64,000 nucleotides of DNA from Gemmatimonadales bacterium (GTDB lineage: Bacteria; Gemmatimonadota; Gemmatimonadetes; Gemmatimonadales; GWC2-71-9). Below, one piece after another: positions 26,751 to 36,423 of this stretch. Position numbers and translations under genes: made by a program. A model generated the notes under the pieces. It was not told the DNA's origin. It searched no databases and saw only the letters and a list, made by a program, of their open reading frames with translations. Numbering within the stretch: the stretch's first letter is position 1; each line of letters starts with the position of its first letter. The stretch lies in assembly GCA_025935995.1 (NCBI GenBank), contig JAICUF010000002.1, positions 11,680 to 75,679 of the forward strand. The letters are read 5' to 3'.

Positions 26751-29009
26751 ATGCGTTCGTTACTCGCCGCCCGCCTCGCGCTCCCGCTTGCCGTCGCTGT
26801 CGCTGTCGCCGCGCCGCTTGGCGCACAGGTCGCCGCCGCCGGCGACAGCCTCACCGTCGCCCGCATCTTCTCCAGCGAATTCTCGACCCGCGGCGTCGGT
26901 CAGCTCCGCTGGGTCGAGGGCGGCACCGCCTTCCTCACGGTGGATCCGGCGGCCGCCGGCCGGGGCCGCGAGATCGTCCGCCACGAGACGGCCACCGACG
27001 CGAAGCGGGTGCTGGTCACCGCCGCCGAGCTCACGCCGCCGGGCGACACGGTGCCGCTCGCGTTCCAGGAATTCGCCTGGTCGGACGACAATTCGAAGCT
27101 CCTCATCTTCACCAACACGAAGAAGGTCTGGCGCCTGAACACTCGCGGCGATTTCTGGGTGCTCGACCGCGCCACCCACAAGCTCACGAAGCTCGGTGCC
27201 GGGGCGCCGCCGTCGTCGCTCATGTTCGCGACCTTTTCCCCCGACGGCAGCCGGGTGGCCTACGTGCAGGGGAACGACATGTACGTGGAGACCATCGCCG
27301 ACGGCCGCGTCACCCGCCTCACGAACGACGGGTCGCGCACCAGCATCAACGGCACCTCGGACTGGGTCTACGAGGAAGAGCTCGGCATCCGGAAGGCATT
27401 CGACTGGAGCCCCGACGGCAAGCGCGTCGCCTTCTGGCACTTCGACGCCTCGCCGGTGCGCGACTATCTCCTGATCAACGACACCGACTCGCTCTACCCG
27501 TTCATCACGCGCATTCCCTATCCCAAGGCCGGCACCACCAACTCGCGGGTGACGATCGGCGTCGTGGCCGCCGCCGGCGGCCCCGTCACCTGGATGGACG
27601 TCGCGGGCGACACGGCGACGAGCTACATCGCGGCCATGGAATGGACCGACCCCAACACGATCATCGTCCAGCACCTCAACCGGAAGCAGAACCAGAACGA
27701 CTTCTGGATCGGCGACGCCACGACCGGCAAGGGAAAGGTGGTCTTCACCGACCGGGACGACGCGTGGGTGGACGCGGAGAATCAGGAGCTTCGCTGGATC
27801 GACCACGGACGCTCGGCGCTCATCGAGAGCGAGCGCGACGGCTGGCGGCACGTCTACCGCATCGGCCGGGACGGCAGCGGAGTCAGGCGGATCTCCGACG
27901 GCGACTACGACGTGATGAGCATCGCCGGCGTGGACGAGAAGGCGAAGGCGCTCTACGTGATGGCGTCGCCGGACAACGCGACGCAGCGCTACCTCTACCG
28001 GATGCCGCTGGGCGGTGGGAAGGCGGTCCGCGTCACGCCCGCGAGCGAGGCCGGACAGCACAGCTACAACATCTCGCCCGACGGGCACTGGGCGCTCCAC
28101 ACGTGGTCGAACGCGGCGACGCCGCCGGTGAGCGAGCTGATCCGCCTCCCCTCGCACCAGGTGGTGCGGACGCTGCAGGACAACCGGCAGCTCAAGGCGC
28201 GCATGGCGTCGATCCTCACGCCGCCGACCGAGTTCTTCTCGGTCAAGATCGCCGACGGCACCTCGATCGACGGCTGGATGATCCGCCCGGCGTCGTTCGA
28301 CTCGACGAAGCACTGGCCGGTGCTGGTCCAGATCTACGGCGAGCCGGCGGGGCAGACGGTGCTCGACTCGTGGGGCGGGAGCGGCGCGCTCTTTCACCGC
28401 ATGATCGCGAACGAGGGCTACCTCGTCGTGAGCTTCGACAACCGCGGGACGCCGGCGCCCAAGGGGCGCGCCTGGCGGAAGAGCGTCTACGGCGCCGTCG
28501 GCGTCCTCTCGTCCGCCGACCAGGCCGCGGCGCTCCGCGCGCTCGCGGCGATGCGGCCGTACGTGGATACCACGCGCGTGGCCATCTGGGGCTGGAGCGG
28601 CGGCGGGACCAACACGCTCAACATGATGTTCCGGCACCCGGAGCTCTACAAGGTCGGCATGTCGGTGGCGCCGGTGCCCGACCAGAAGCTCTACGACACG
28701 ATCTATCAGGAGCGCTACATGGGGCTCCCGCAGGAGAACGTCGAGGGGTACAAGCAGGGGTCGGCGATCAACTTCGCGGAGGGACTCCAGGGGCATCTGC
28801 TGGTGGTGCACGGCTCGGGCGACGACAACGTGCATTATCAGGGGACCGAGCGGCTGGTGAACCGGCTGGTGGCGCTCGGGAAGCCGTTCGAGCTGATGGT
28901 GTATCCCAACCGGACGCACGGGATCTTCGAGGGACCGGGCACCACGGTGCACATCTACTCGCTGCTCAACCGCTACCTCACCGAGCACCTGCCGGCGGGC
29001 GGGCGGTGA
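26751..29009 (+). CDS. S9B family peptidase (dipeptidyl-peptidase IV-like), secreted
   Basis: Signal peptide MRSLLAARLALPLAVAVAVAAPLGAQ. DPP-IV beta-propeller region (...SPDGSRVAYVQGNDMYV...TSDWVYEEELG...) and catalytic GWSGGG nucleophile motif with ...VHGSGDDNVH.... Confidence 0.9.
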   Translation: MRSLLAARLALPLAVAVAVAAPLGAQVAAAGDSLTVARIFSSEFSTRGVGQLRWVEGGTAFLTVDPAAAGRGREIVRHETATDAKRVLVTAAELTPPGDTVPLAFQEFAWSDDNSKLLIFTNTKKVWRLNTRGDFWVLDRATHKLTKLGAGAPPSSLMFATFSPDGSRVAYVQGNDMYVETIADGRVTRLTNDGSRTSINGTSDWVYEEELGIRKAFDWSPDGKRVAFWHFDASPVRDYLLINDTDSLYPFITRIPYPKAGTTNSRVTIGVVAAAGGPVTWMDVAGDTATSYIAAMEWTDPNTIIVQHLNRKQNQNDFWIGDATTGKGKVVFTDRDDAWVDAENQELRWIDHGRSALIESERDGWRHVYRIGRDGSGVRRISDGDYDVMSIAGVDEKAKALYVMASPDNATQRYLYRMPLGGGKAVRVTPASEAGQHSYNISPDGHWALHTWSNAATPPVSELIRLPSHQVVRTLQDNRQLKARMASILTPPTEFFSVKIADGTSIDGWMIRPASFDSTKHWPVLVQIYGEPAGQTVLDSWGGSGALFHRMIANEGYLVVSFDNRGTPAPKGRAWRKSVYGAVGVLSSADQAAALRALAAMRPYVDTTRVAIWGWSGGGTNTLNMMFRHPELYKVGMSVAPVPDQKLYDTIYQERYMGLPQENVEGYKQGSAINFAEGLQGHLLVVHGSGDDNVHYQGTERLVNRLVALGKPFELMVYPNRTHGIFEGPGTTVHIYSLLNRYLTEHLPAGGR

Positions 29010-29452
29010 GACGAACCGTGGTCGGGCTCGGCTGTCTCGCGGTCGCCGGCTTGGCGGGCGCCGGCTGCGGCGGCCGCGAACGCGGGGCCGCGCCCGCGGC
29101 GAACGGCAGCGCGCACGACAGCGCGGCCTCCGCTCCACCTTCCGCTCCTCCGTCCGTCGCGACCGCGAGCTTCCGTGCCGCCGGCACCGAGCCGTTCTGG
29201 GCGCTCGAGATCGGGCCCGGCCGGCTCACGTTCCGGACGCCGGACGACACGTCGGGGACTCGCTTTCCCCATCCGGCCGGCACCGCGCTGGCCGACACGC
29301 TTCGCTGGACCGATGTGGCGGGCGCGCGCTCGATCGAGGCGCGCATCTGGCCCGGCCAGTGCAGCGACGGCATGTCCGACCGCGCGTGGACCCATCGCGC
29401 GGTCGTGCGGGTGGACACGCTCGTCTACCGGGGCTGCGCCGACCAGCTCTGA
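29006..29452 (+). CDS. hypothetical lipoprotein
   Basis: The GTG start overlaps the DPP-IV stop (GTGA, 29006-29009). Lipobox-like LAGAGC. ...GTEPFWALEIGPG...RGCADQL. Family not confidently recognised. Confidence 0.55.
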   Translation: MRRTVVGLGCLAVAGLAGAGCGGRERGAAPAANGSAHDSAASAPPSAPPSVATASFRAAGTEPFWALEIGPGRLTFRTPDDTSGTRFPHPAGTALADTLRWTDVAGARSIEARIWPGQCSDGMSDRAWTHRAVVRVDTLVYRGCADQL

Positions 29453-31461
29453 TTGTCGCGGTTCACGTCGGGGAAGGCCTGCTCGGCGTCGATCTCCACG
29501 CGCTCCACCGCGGGCGCCCCTGCCACGCGCGCGACGGCCGTGCGCGCCCCTCCGAGCCAGACCTCCACCGGCACTTCGATCTTCTGCACCGTACCCCCGG
29601 CGCGGGTGATCGTGAGCCGCACCGGCATCGGCGCGAGCCCGCGGTCCTCGACCGTGATCGCCGTCGAGTCACCCTCCGTCCGCACCGATGCGATCGCCTG
29701 GTCGAGCGGCCAGCCGTGATCGAACCAGGTCTCCCAGAACCAGCCGAGGTCGCGGCCCGCGGCGGCGTTGAAGGTATTGAAGAAATCCTCGGGCTCCGGG
29801 TGGCGATCGATCCAGCGGCGGCCGTATTCGCGGAGCGTGCGGTGAAAGAGCGGGTCGCCGATCACGCTCCGGAGCGCGATGAGTGCCTGCGACGTCTTGT
29901 CGTAGTACATGGAGTAGAGCTCGAGGGGGAAGAGGTCGCCCCACTGCGAGAGACTCTGGTCACGGCCTTCGCGCGCGGTGCGCACGTAGCGGCCCCGCTG
30001 GCCCTGCTCCGAGTCGTTCGGACGCCCGCCCTGTCTCGGCTCGCCGTAGAGCACGCGCATCGCCTGCGCCACGTCGAACTGGGTGAGGCCCTCGTCCATC
30101 CACGGGTGGCGGGTCTCGTTCGAGCCCACCTGCATCGGAAACCACATGTGCCCCGTCTCGTGCATGAGGTCGCCGGCGAGCGACAGGGTATCGGCCCACG
30201 GCTGCATCAGCGTCATCATCGGGTACTCCATCCCGCCGCTCAGGAGGATCCCCTCCATCGAGCTCATCACCGGCCACGGATACGGCCAGAGGTAGGCCGA
30301 GAGCTGCTCGATGGCGTCGCGGGTGAAGCGGGCGCCACCGAGGGGCCACGCGGCGGCGGCATCGGTGAGCCGGTAGTAGCTGTTGATGGCGACGGTATCG
30401 GTGCGGCCGCGCGCGGAGTCTCGCACGAAGGCCGACGTCGCGTCCCAGGCATAGCGGTCGCTCGCGCCCCAGGCGAAGTCGCGCACGTCCGTCGCGGTGT
30501 AGTGCCAGGTGGCGGTGGCGCCGCCCGCGGCGAAGCCGCCGCCGCGGCCGCGGTCGTCGGCCGCGATCACGTGCACCACGTCGCGCGTGCGGTGCGCCGC
30601 GGCGAGGCGGTCGAGGGTGCGGCGCGAGAGGATCTCCGACGGATTCCGGAGCGTTCCCGTCGCGCCGACGACCCAGCCGTGCGGCACCGTCACCCGCACG
30701 TCGTAGTCCGCCGGGTCCATGTAGAACTCGGCGCCGTTCAGGTAGGGGTCGGCCACCCATCCGTCCACGTCGTCGTAGACGGCGACCTCGGGGTACCAGT
30801 AGCCCATGAAGTAGAGATGGTCCTCGCGGCCTTCGCGCCCGTCGGACGGCGAGGGCGCCGGGACGTACGACCACGCGAACTCGAGCCGCGCGCTGTCGCC
30901 CGGCAGGACGGGGTGCGGCGGCCGGATCCACATCACGGCGCCGCTCACCTGATATCCCGGGCGCGCGGCCGCGCCGCGCCCGCCGCGGGACCGGCCCCCG
31001 CGCGCGATCGTATCGAGCGCCTGGCCCTCCGCGGCGACGCGCGTGAGGGTGACGCCGCCGGTGATCGGGACCGGCTCGCGGCGCGGGCTCCCGGGTGCGA
31101 AGACGTTCTGCCGGAGATGGACCGCGATCAGCGGGAGGGTGTCGGGGGAGTGGTTGATCCAGGTGACGCGCTCCTCGCCGGTCAGGCGCGAGGAGGCGAC
31201 GTCGAGTGCGGCGGTGATGGCGTAGCGCGCGTGCTGGACCCAGTTGCGCGGGCCGGGAGCGCCGGTGCGGGTGCGCGTGCCCCGGTCCACCGCGCGGGCG
31301 AAGCCGGGCGACTCGAAGACGGGGCCGGGCGTCGGCCGGCCGACCGACGCGGTGGATGCGGTGGGCGCGGGAGACGGGACGGTCTGCGCGGCGATCGGGC
31401 GTGCCGCGAGCGAGACGACCGCGAGCGGCAGGAGCAGAGAATTTCGACGTCGCCTGATCAT
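29425..31461 (-). CDS. M1 family metallopeptidase, secreted
   Basis: Signal peptide ...LLLPLAVVSLAARPIAAQ. Zinc motif ...LMHETGHMWFPMQVGSNETRHPWMDEGLTQF (HExxH-x18-E). Confidence 0.85.
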   Translation of the reverse strand: MIRRRRNSLLLPLAVVSLAARPIAAQTVPSPAPTASTASVGRPTPGPVFESPGFARAVDRGTRTRTGAPGPRNWVQHARYAITAALDVASSRLTGEERVTWINHSPDTLPLIAVHLRQNVFAPGSPRREPVPITGGVTLTRVAAEGQALDTIARGGRSRGGRGAAARPGYQVSGAVMWIRPPHPVLPGDSARLEFAWSYVPAPSPSDGREGREDHLYFMGYWYPEVAVYDDVDGWVADPYLNGAEFYMDPADYDVRVTVPHGWVVGATGTLRNPSEILSRRTLDRLAAAHRTRDVVHVIAADDRGRGGGFAAGGATATWHYTATDVRDFAWGASDRYAWDATSAFVRDSARGRTDTVAINSYYRLTDAAAAWPLGGARFTRDAIEQLSAYLWPYPWPVMSSMEGILLSGGMEYPMMTLMQPWADTLSLAGDLMHETGHMWFPMQVGSNETRHPWMDEGLTQFDVAQAMRVLYGEPRQGGRPNDSEQGQRGRYVRTAREGRDQSLSQWGDLFPLELYSMYYDKTSQALIALRSVIGDPLFHRTLREYGRRWIDRHPEPEDFFNTFNAAAGRDLGWFWETWFDHGWPLDQAIASVRTEGDSTAITVEDRGLAPMPVRLTITRAGGTVQKIEVPVEVWLGGARTAVARVAGAPAVERVEIDAEQAFPDVNRDNQSWSAQPR

Positions 31462-31508
31462 CGTGCGTTCCGGTCCGGGATGTGGCTGCAGCCAGCGCCT
31501 ACATCCAT

Positions 31509-33470
31509 CTACCTGTCGGCCGGCGCTCCGTCAAGCACGATGTACTGCGTGTCGTCCCGGGCCGCGGCCTTCATCCACGCGACGAGCGCGTCGACGCGGT
31601 CCGGCGGGAGGATGCCGCGCCTTCCCTCGGTCCGGCGCTCGATCACCAGCTCCTGCCCCTCCTGCCGGTAGCTCGACGTGTACGACCCGATCGGCCCATC
31701 CACCCGTACCGGCGCCGGAAGCTCGGCGTGCCAGCCGGCGGGGAGCTTGAGCCGCAGCTCCGAGCGCGTCACCATCGGGCCGATCACCGAGGCCACGTCG
31801 ATCGGGAAGCGGCGCGGCCCGCGCGCCTCGAGATCGGCCGCCAGGGCCGTGAAGCCCGCCATGCTGGCGAAGGGGACGGTGAGGATGGTGCTGTTCCCGG
31901 CGCGCCGCGCCGCCTGGCCCTGCCGGAGCACCAGGGTCACGCGGGGCTCCGCCGCCAGGTCCCTGCCGTCGAAGATCTCGAGGCTGTCGCCGACCGCGCC
32001 GGTGAAGATGCCGCCGGCGATGCCGCGGGTGAGCTGCGCCCGCTCGGTCGAGTCGAAGGGCGACGAAAACGCCTCCCGCAGCTGGTACTGCCGGGCGCCG
32101 GCGGCGCGCTCGACGACCCGCGCGCTCACGAGCCCCGCGGGCGAGAGTTCCCCCACGATCCGGGTGTCGAGCAGGTTGGCATCGGGCGCGGCCACCGGGA
32201 GGGTGACTTCGTCGGTCCGCCCGTCGGGATGCACGACGAGGGCGAACTCGTTCTGGTCCACCATCGGCAGCTCGCCGAGCGGCGTGAGCTCCGAGGTGGG
32301 GTCGACGTAGCGTGTGCCGGCCGCGCCGGGAATCGCGACGATCGCGTGGTCGAACTGCGAGATGGAGGGCAGCCGCCGGTCGACGGTGCCGCCCGCGTTG
32401 AGGAGCACCGGATACGCGGTGACGCCGAGCCGCTTCGCGAGCGCGATGAAAATGGTCGCCTTGTCCTTGCAGTCGCCGAAGCCGGTCTCGAGCACGGCCT
32501 GGGGCGCGCGCGGCTGATAGCCCCCCATGCCGAGCGCGACGGACACGTAGCGAACGTCCTGCGCGACCCAGCGGTGCAGGGCCCGGAGCGAATCGTCCAG
32601 CGTGCGTGCGCCCACCACCAGCTGATGCAGCTTGGCCTCGAGCGCCGGCGTGACGGTATAGCGGTCCCGCGCGAGTCCGGCGTACCAGCTGCCGATCGCC
32701 TCCCAGGTGGTGGGCGCGGCGAGGCCGATGGACATGTACACGCCGTTGGAGTCCGCGGCGTACGGCTCGCCCTTCACCATCGGCACGTCCGCCCGGGCCC
32801 ACACATAGGTGCGGCGGCCGCGGGCTTCGCGGGTCTGCCGGGCGAAGTCGAGGTTGGTTTCGACCAGATGGGGCGTGACGTTCGCCGGCAGATCCACCAG
32901 GTAGCGCGACCGGCGGACGGTGCGGCCGGTCGAGACGCTCCAGTCGGCGGTGAAGTCGCCGGGGCGGAAGGGCTTGAGCTCCTCGATGGTGTAGCTGAAA
33001 TCCACCAGCGTGCCCGGCGCGACGCCGCTCAGCGACACGCGACGCAGCTTCTGGTCGGTGTAGACGGGATTGTCCGTCTGGGCGGGCACATCGGCGTCCT
33101 GCGTGACCGTCGGCTGATCGCTGATCAGCGTGCCGTCGGCCCGGAGCACCCTGATCCAGTTGACGGTGAGCCGCTGGTGGCCGGGCTGGAAGCCGAACTG
33201 CTGCTCGGCCCACGTCTCCACCGCGTCCTGCTTCAGAATTTGCACAACCTGCCGGTAGGTCCGCGTCCCCGTGCCGTCGGCCTCGAGGCGGACCACGCCG
33301 TCGTCCAGCAGGTAGACGAACGATTCGTCGGGATAGTCCGCCGGCTTGACCGCGAGCGAGTAAATCGTGTCGGCGCGGACGCTTGGGTCACCCTGGGGAG
33401 TGATGACCGGCGCCTGGGCGGCGACCGCCGAAGCCACGAGCGGCAGCAGCAGGAACGAGGTGCAGCGCAT
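31509..33470 (-). CDS. DUF3857 + transglutaminase-like cysteine-protease-fold protein, secreted
   Basis: Start at MRCTSFLLLPLVASAVAAQ (33470). The transglutaminase core ...VLETGFGDCKDKATIFIALAKRLGV...FDHAIVAI... has catalytic Cys and His in the family spacing. It lies 48 nt upstream of the M1 peptidase gene on the same strand. Confidence 0.85.
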   Translation of the reverse strand: MRCTSFLLLPLVASAVAAQAPVITPQGDPSVRADTIYSLAVKPADYPDESFVYLLDDGVVRLEADGTGTRTYRQVVQILKQDAVETWAEQQFGFQPGHQRLTVNWIRVLRADGTLISDQPTVTQDADVPAQTDNPVYTDQKLRRVSLSGVAPGTLVDFSYTIEELKPFRPGDFTADWSVSTGRTVRRSRYLVDLPANVTPHLVETNLDFARQTREARGRRTYVWARADVPMVKGEPYAADSNGVYMSIGLAAPTTWEAIGSWYAGLARDRYTVTPALEAKLHQLVVGARTLDDSLRALHRWVAQDVRYVSVALGMGGYQPRAPQAVLETGFGDCKDKATIFIALAKRLGVTAYPVLLNAGGTVDRRLPSISQFDHAIVAIPGAAGTRYVDPTSELTPLGELPMVDQNEFALVVHPDGRTDEVTLPVAAPDANLLDTRIVGELSPAGLVSARVVERAAGARQYQLREAFSSPFDSTERAQLTRGIAGGIFTGAVGDSLEIFDGRDLAAEPRVTLVLRQGQAARRAGNSTILTVPFASMAGFTALAADLEARGPRRFPIDVASVIGPMVTRSELRLKLPAGWHAELPAPVRVDGPIGSYTSSYRQEGQELVIERRTEGRRGILPPDRVDALVAWMKAAARDDTQYIVLDGAPADR

Positions 33471-33570
33471 GAGGATGTCCGGAAGGGAAGAAGGGGTCGG
33501 AAACCGCTGCAATTCAGGTGCCCGGTTCGAAGCGGCGGCCCGCGACCGCGTCATGCGCTGTGGCCGGAGC

Positions 33571-34080
33571 TCAGCAGCGATGCCTGCGATGATCCCTGGG
33601 CGCGCACCCGAACCCGTTCCCCGCCCAGAGTCCGAGCCGGCGCTCGCGGGCCTCAGCGGCTGCGCCGCGGATCCGCTCGATGTACCGCACATTCGGCGGA
33701 TACACCAGAGGGACGGCAAAGCCGGCGCGCGCCATCTCCTCGTTGACCATCCGGCCGTCCGCGAGCCAGACATAGGCGAGGAGTCGGCCGTACTGGTCGT
33801 GCACCGCCACATCCAGTTCCAGCGTGACCGCCGAGCCCGGAGGGGTGAGGGCCAGGAGCCGCGCCCGCGCCTGTCCCCCGAAGGGCCGCTGGTCGCGCTC
33901 CGGCGCATCGATGAGGAGGAGGCGGACGCGTGTCGAGCCCGGGCATGCCGCGCGGAAGGTGTCGCCGTCGGTGACGGACGTGACGCGGCACTCGAGTCGC
34001 GTCTGCGCGCTGGCCGGTGCGGCCGCACTGAGCGCCGCAAGCAGCGCGAGGACGACGACCCGCTCAGCTCGCCGGGTCAC
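33571..34080 (-). CDS. thermonuclease (staphylococcal nuclease, SNase) family protein, secreted
   Basis: Signal peptide, then ...VTDGDTFRA...RVRLLLIDAPE...YGRLLAYVW...NEEMARAGFA.... Confidence 0.85.
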   Translation of the reverse strand: MTRRAERVVVLALLAALSAAAPASAQTRLECRVTSVTDGDTFRAACPGSTRVRLLLIDAPERDQRPFGGQARARLLALTPPGSAVTLELDVAVHDQYGRLLAYVWLADGRMVNEEMARAGFAVPLVYPPNVRYIERIRGAAAEARERRLGLWAGNGFGCAPRDHRRHRC

Positions 34081-34261
34081 GATCGCAGATCAGGCAATTC
34101 AGCGTGGTGCCTAGGCGGCTCGAGCGTCCCGCCTCGGTCAGCACCCACGGTCGCACCTGCCACGGCGGGTCGTGGCGGACGTGCTGCCCGTGCCCGCACT
34201 CCAGCTCGGCCACCCAGTGGTGTTCGTCGTCCTGATGAAAACCGGTGATGCGGCGGTCCAT
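34064..34261 (-). CDS. DUF3565 domain protein (small Cys/His protein)
   Basis: 65 aa from the ATG at 34261: ...GFHQDDEHHWVAELECGHGQHVRHDPPWQVRPWVLTEAGRSSRLGTTLNCLIC... matches the DUF3565 pattern. Its 3' end overlaps the nuclease start by 17 nt. Confidence 0.7.
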   Translation of the reverse strand: MDRRITGFHQDDEHHWVAELECGHGQHVRHDPPWQVRPWVLTEAGRSSRLGTTLNCLICDRDPAS

Positions 34262-34280
34262 CGCTACCTTTGAGAGATCG

Positions 34281-34871
34281 ATGATTTCCGTGAGTCCGGC
34301 ACCCCGCTTCTTCGCCACGCCCGCCGCCTGGCGGCGCTGGCTCGCCGCGCGCCATGCGAAGGCGGCGGAGCTCTGGGTGGGTTTCCACAAGCGCGCCACC
34401 GGCCGGCCGAGCATGACGTGGCCGGAGGCGGTGGATCAGGCGCTGTGCTACGGGTGGATCGACGGAGTCCGGCGGCGGATCGACGACGAAAGATACGCGA
34501 TCCGCTTCACACCGCGCCGCGCCGGCAGCGTGTGGAGTGCGGTGAACCTGCGCCGGGTGACGGAGCTGACCGACGCGGGCCTGATGCAGCCGGCGGGACT
34601 CACGGCGCACGGCCGGGCCCGCGACTCGCGCTCGCGGATCTACTCCTACGAACAGCGCGACGCCGCCGAGTTTCCGGCCGCAATGGCCCGCCGGTTCCGG
34701 GCCAACAGGAAGGCGTGGAGCTTCTTCGAGTCCCAGCCCCCCTGGTACCGGCGGACGGCCACATGGCGGGTGGTGAGCGCCAGGAAGCCGGAAACCCGTG
34801 AGCGCCGGCTCGCCGCCCTCATCGCCGACTCCGCGGCCGGCCGGCGGATTCGCGAGCTGTCCCGCCCCTAG
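34281..34871 (+). CDS. YdeI/OmpD-associated family protein
   Basis: ...FATPAAWRRWLAARHAKAAELWVGFHKRATGRPSMTWPEAVDQALCYGWIDGVRRRIDDERYAIRFTPRR...SVWSAVN... is the canonical YdeI signature. Confidence 0.8.
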   Translation: MISVSPAPRFFATPAAWRRWLAARHAKAAELWVGFHKRATGRPSMTWPEAVDQALCYGWIDGVRRRIDDERYAIRFTPRRAGSVWSAVNLRRVTELTDAGLMQPAGLTAHGRARDSRSRIYSYEQRDAAEFPAAMARRFRANRKAWSFFESQPPWYRRTATWRVVSARKPETRERRLAALIADSAAGRRIRELSRP

Positions 34872-35091
34872 CGGCCAACCTCGGCCGTGCCGGGCGCAAC
34901 CTTCCGACGCGGCCCGGCATCCTGACACCATCCGGGCCTCCCGTGCGTCGGTACGAAGGGCCATTATTCCCGTACACCCCGCAAACGTCGCAATCGAGTC
35001 CACCCGGTGCCAACCCCCGGGAGGGATCCGGTGTCCAAGTGAGGACCGGCCGCCTGAAGGCGTCCGGCGGGCCCGCCTGAAAGGGAAGCTG

Positions 35092-36423
35092 ATGACACCC
35101 AGACAAGTTCGGCGGTCGGCCATCGCGGCCGGCGTCGTGTTCGCCGCGGTTCCTGCCGCCTGGCTCCTCGCGCGGAAGGCGCCCGGCGCCGCCGAATCCA
35201 GTCTCGTCGCCATCGTCAAGCGCGGCGACTTCCACGTCACCGTCACCACGTCGGGCGAGCTCCGGGCGCAGAAGTTCGTTCAGATCACCGGCCCCGCCAA
35301 CGCGCAGCAGGCGCAGATCTACCAGATGAAGATCGCGTCCATCGTCCCCGAGGGCACCACCGTCAAGGAAGGCGACGTGGTGGCGGAGCTCGACCGCTCG
35401 AGCGCCGCGACGAAGGTGGCGGAGGTGACGCTCGCGGTGCAGAAGGCGCAGGCCGTCTGGCAGCAGGCGATGCTCGACTCGACGCTCAACCTCTCGAAGG
35501 CGCGGGAGGAGATCCGCGGGATGGAGCTGGCCCTCGAGGAGAAGAAGCTGGCCAAGGACCAGACCAGGTACGAAGCCCCCACCATCCAGCGGCAGGCGGA
35601 GATCGACCTCGAGAAGGCGCAGCGCGCGCTCGCCCAGGGCAAGGTCGACTACAAGACGAAGACCGAGCAGGCGCGCGCCAAGATGCAGGAGGTGGGCGCC
35701 GACCTCGAGCGCCAGCAGAACATGCTGAAGGCCGTGCAGGACGTGATGAACGGCTTCACCATCAAGGCGCCGGCCGCCGGCATGGTGATCTACGTGAAGG
35801 AGTGGAACGGTCGCAAGCGCACTTCGGGCTCGCAGGTCTCGGCGTGGGATCCGTCGGTGGCGACGCTGCCGGACCTCACGGCGATGGAATCGGTGACCTA
35901 CGTGAACGAGATCGACGTCCGCAAGGTGGCGGTGGGCCAGCCGGTGACGATCACCCTCGACGCCGACCCGAGCAAGCACCTGACGGGGAAGGTGACCGCC
36001 GTCGCCAACATGGGCGAGCAGCGGCCCAACAGCGACGCCAAGGTGTTCGAGGTGAAGGTGGCCGTGGAGCATCCCGACACCACTCTCCGGCCGGGGATGA
36101 CGACCGGCAACATGATCGAGACCGGCCACGCCGAGAAGGTGCTCTCGGTGTCGCTCGAGGCACTGGGGGCCGATCACGGCACGCCGTTCGTCTACCGGCA
36201 GTCGGGCGGGTCGGTCACGCGCCAGGAGGTGGCGACGGGGCTGGTGAACGACGACGCCGTCGTGATCCTGCGCGGACTCAAGGAGGGTGATCATGTCCTC
36301 CTCACGCCGCCCAAGAACGGCGAGTCGCTGCCGCTCGTGCGGCTCCCGGGCGCGCCCGCCCCGCCGCCGGCCGCCGGCAGCGACACCGCGCGCAAGGTCA
36401 CGATCCCGACGCAGAAGTCATGA
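35092..36423 (+). CDS. HlyD/MacA-type periplasmic adaptor (membrane fusion protein)
   Basis: N-terminal TM anchor (AIAAGVVFAAVPAAWLLA), lipoyl half-motifs (...VKEGDVVAELD... / ...FTIKAPAAGMVIYV...) flanking a long coiled coil, then beta-barrel and MP domains. ATGA overlap with the permease gene. Confidence 0.85.
   Translation: MTPRQVRRSAIAAGVVFAAVPAAWLLARKAPGAAESSLVAIVKRGDFHVTVTTSGELRAQKFVQITGPANAQQAQIYQMKIASIVPEGTTVKEGDVVAELDRSSAATKVAEVTLAVQKAQAVWQQAMLDSTLNLSKAREEIRGMELALEEKKLAKDQTRYEAPTIQRQAEIDLEKAQRALAQGKVDYKTKTEQARAKMQEVGADLERQQNMLKAVQDVMNGFTIKAPAAGMVIYVKEWNGRKRTSGSQVSAWDPSVATLPDLTAMESVTYVNEIDVRKVAVGQPVTITLDADPSKHLTGKVTAVANMGEQRPNSDAKVFEVKVAVEHPDTTLRPGMTTGNMIETGHAEKVLSVSLEALGADHGTPFVYRQSGGSVTRQEVATGLVNDDAVVILRGLKEGDHVLLTPPKNGESLPLVRLPGAPAPPPAAGSDTARKVTIPTQKS

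Noticed and set aside
34871-35092. 220-nt gap upstream of the adaptor-permease-TolC operon as a hiding place for the missing ATPase or a small ORF
   Set aside because: No frame carries a Walker motif or an ORF with an SD. The gap holds only weak GC hairpins (for example GCCGGGC-n16-GCCCGGC).
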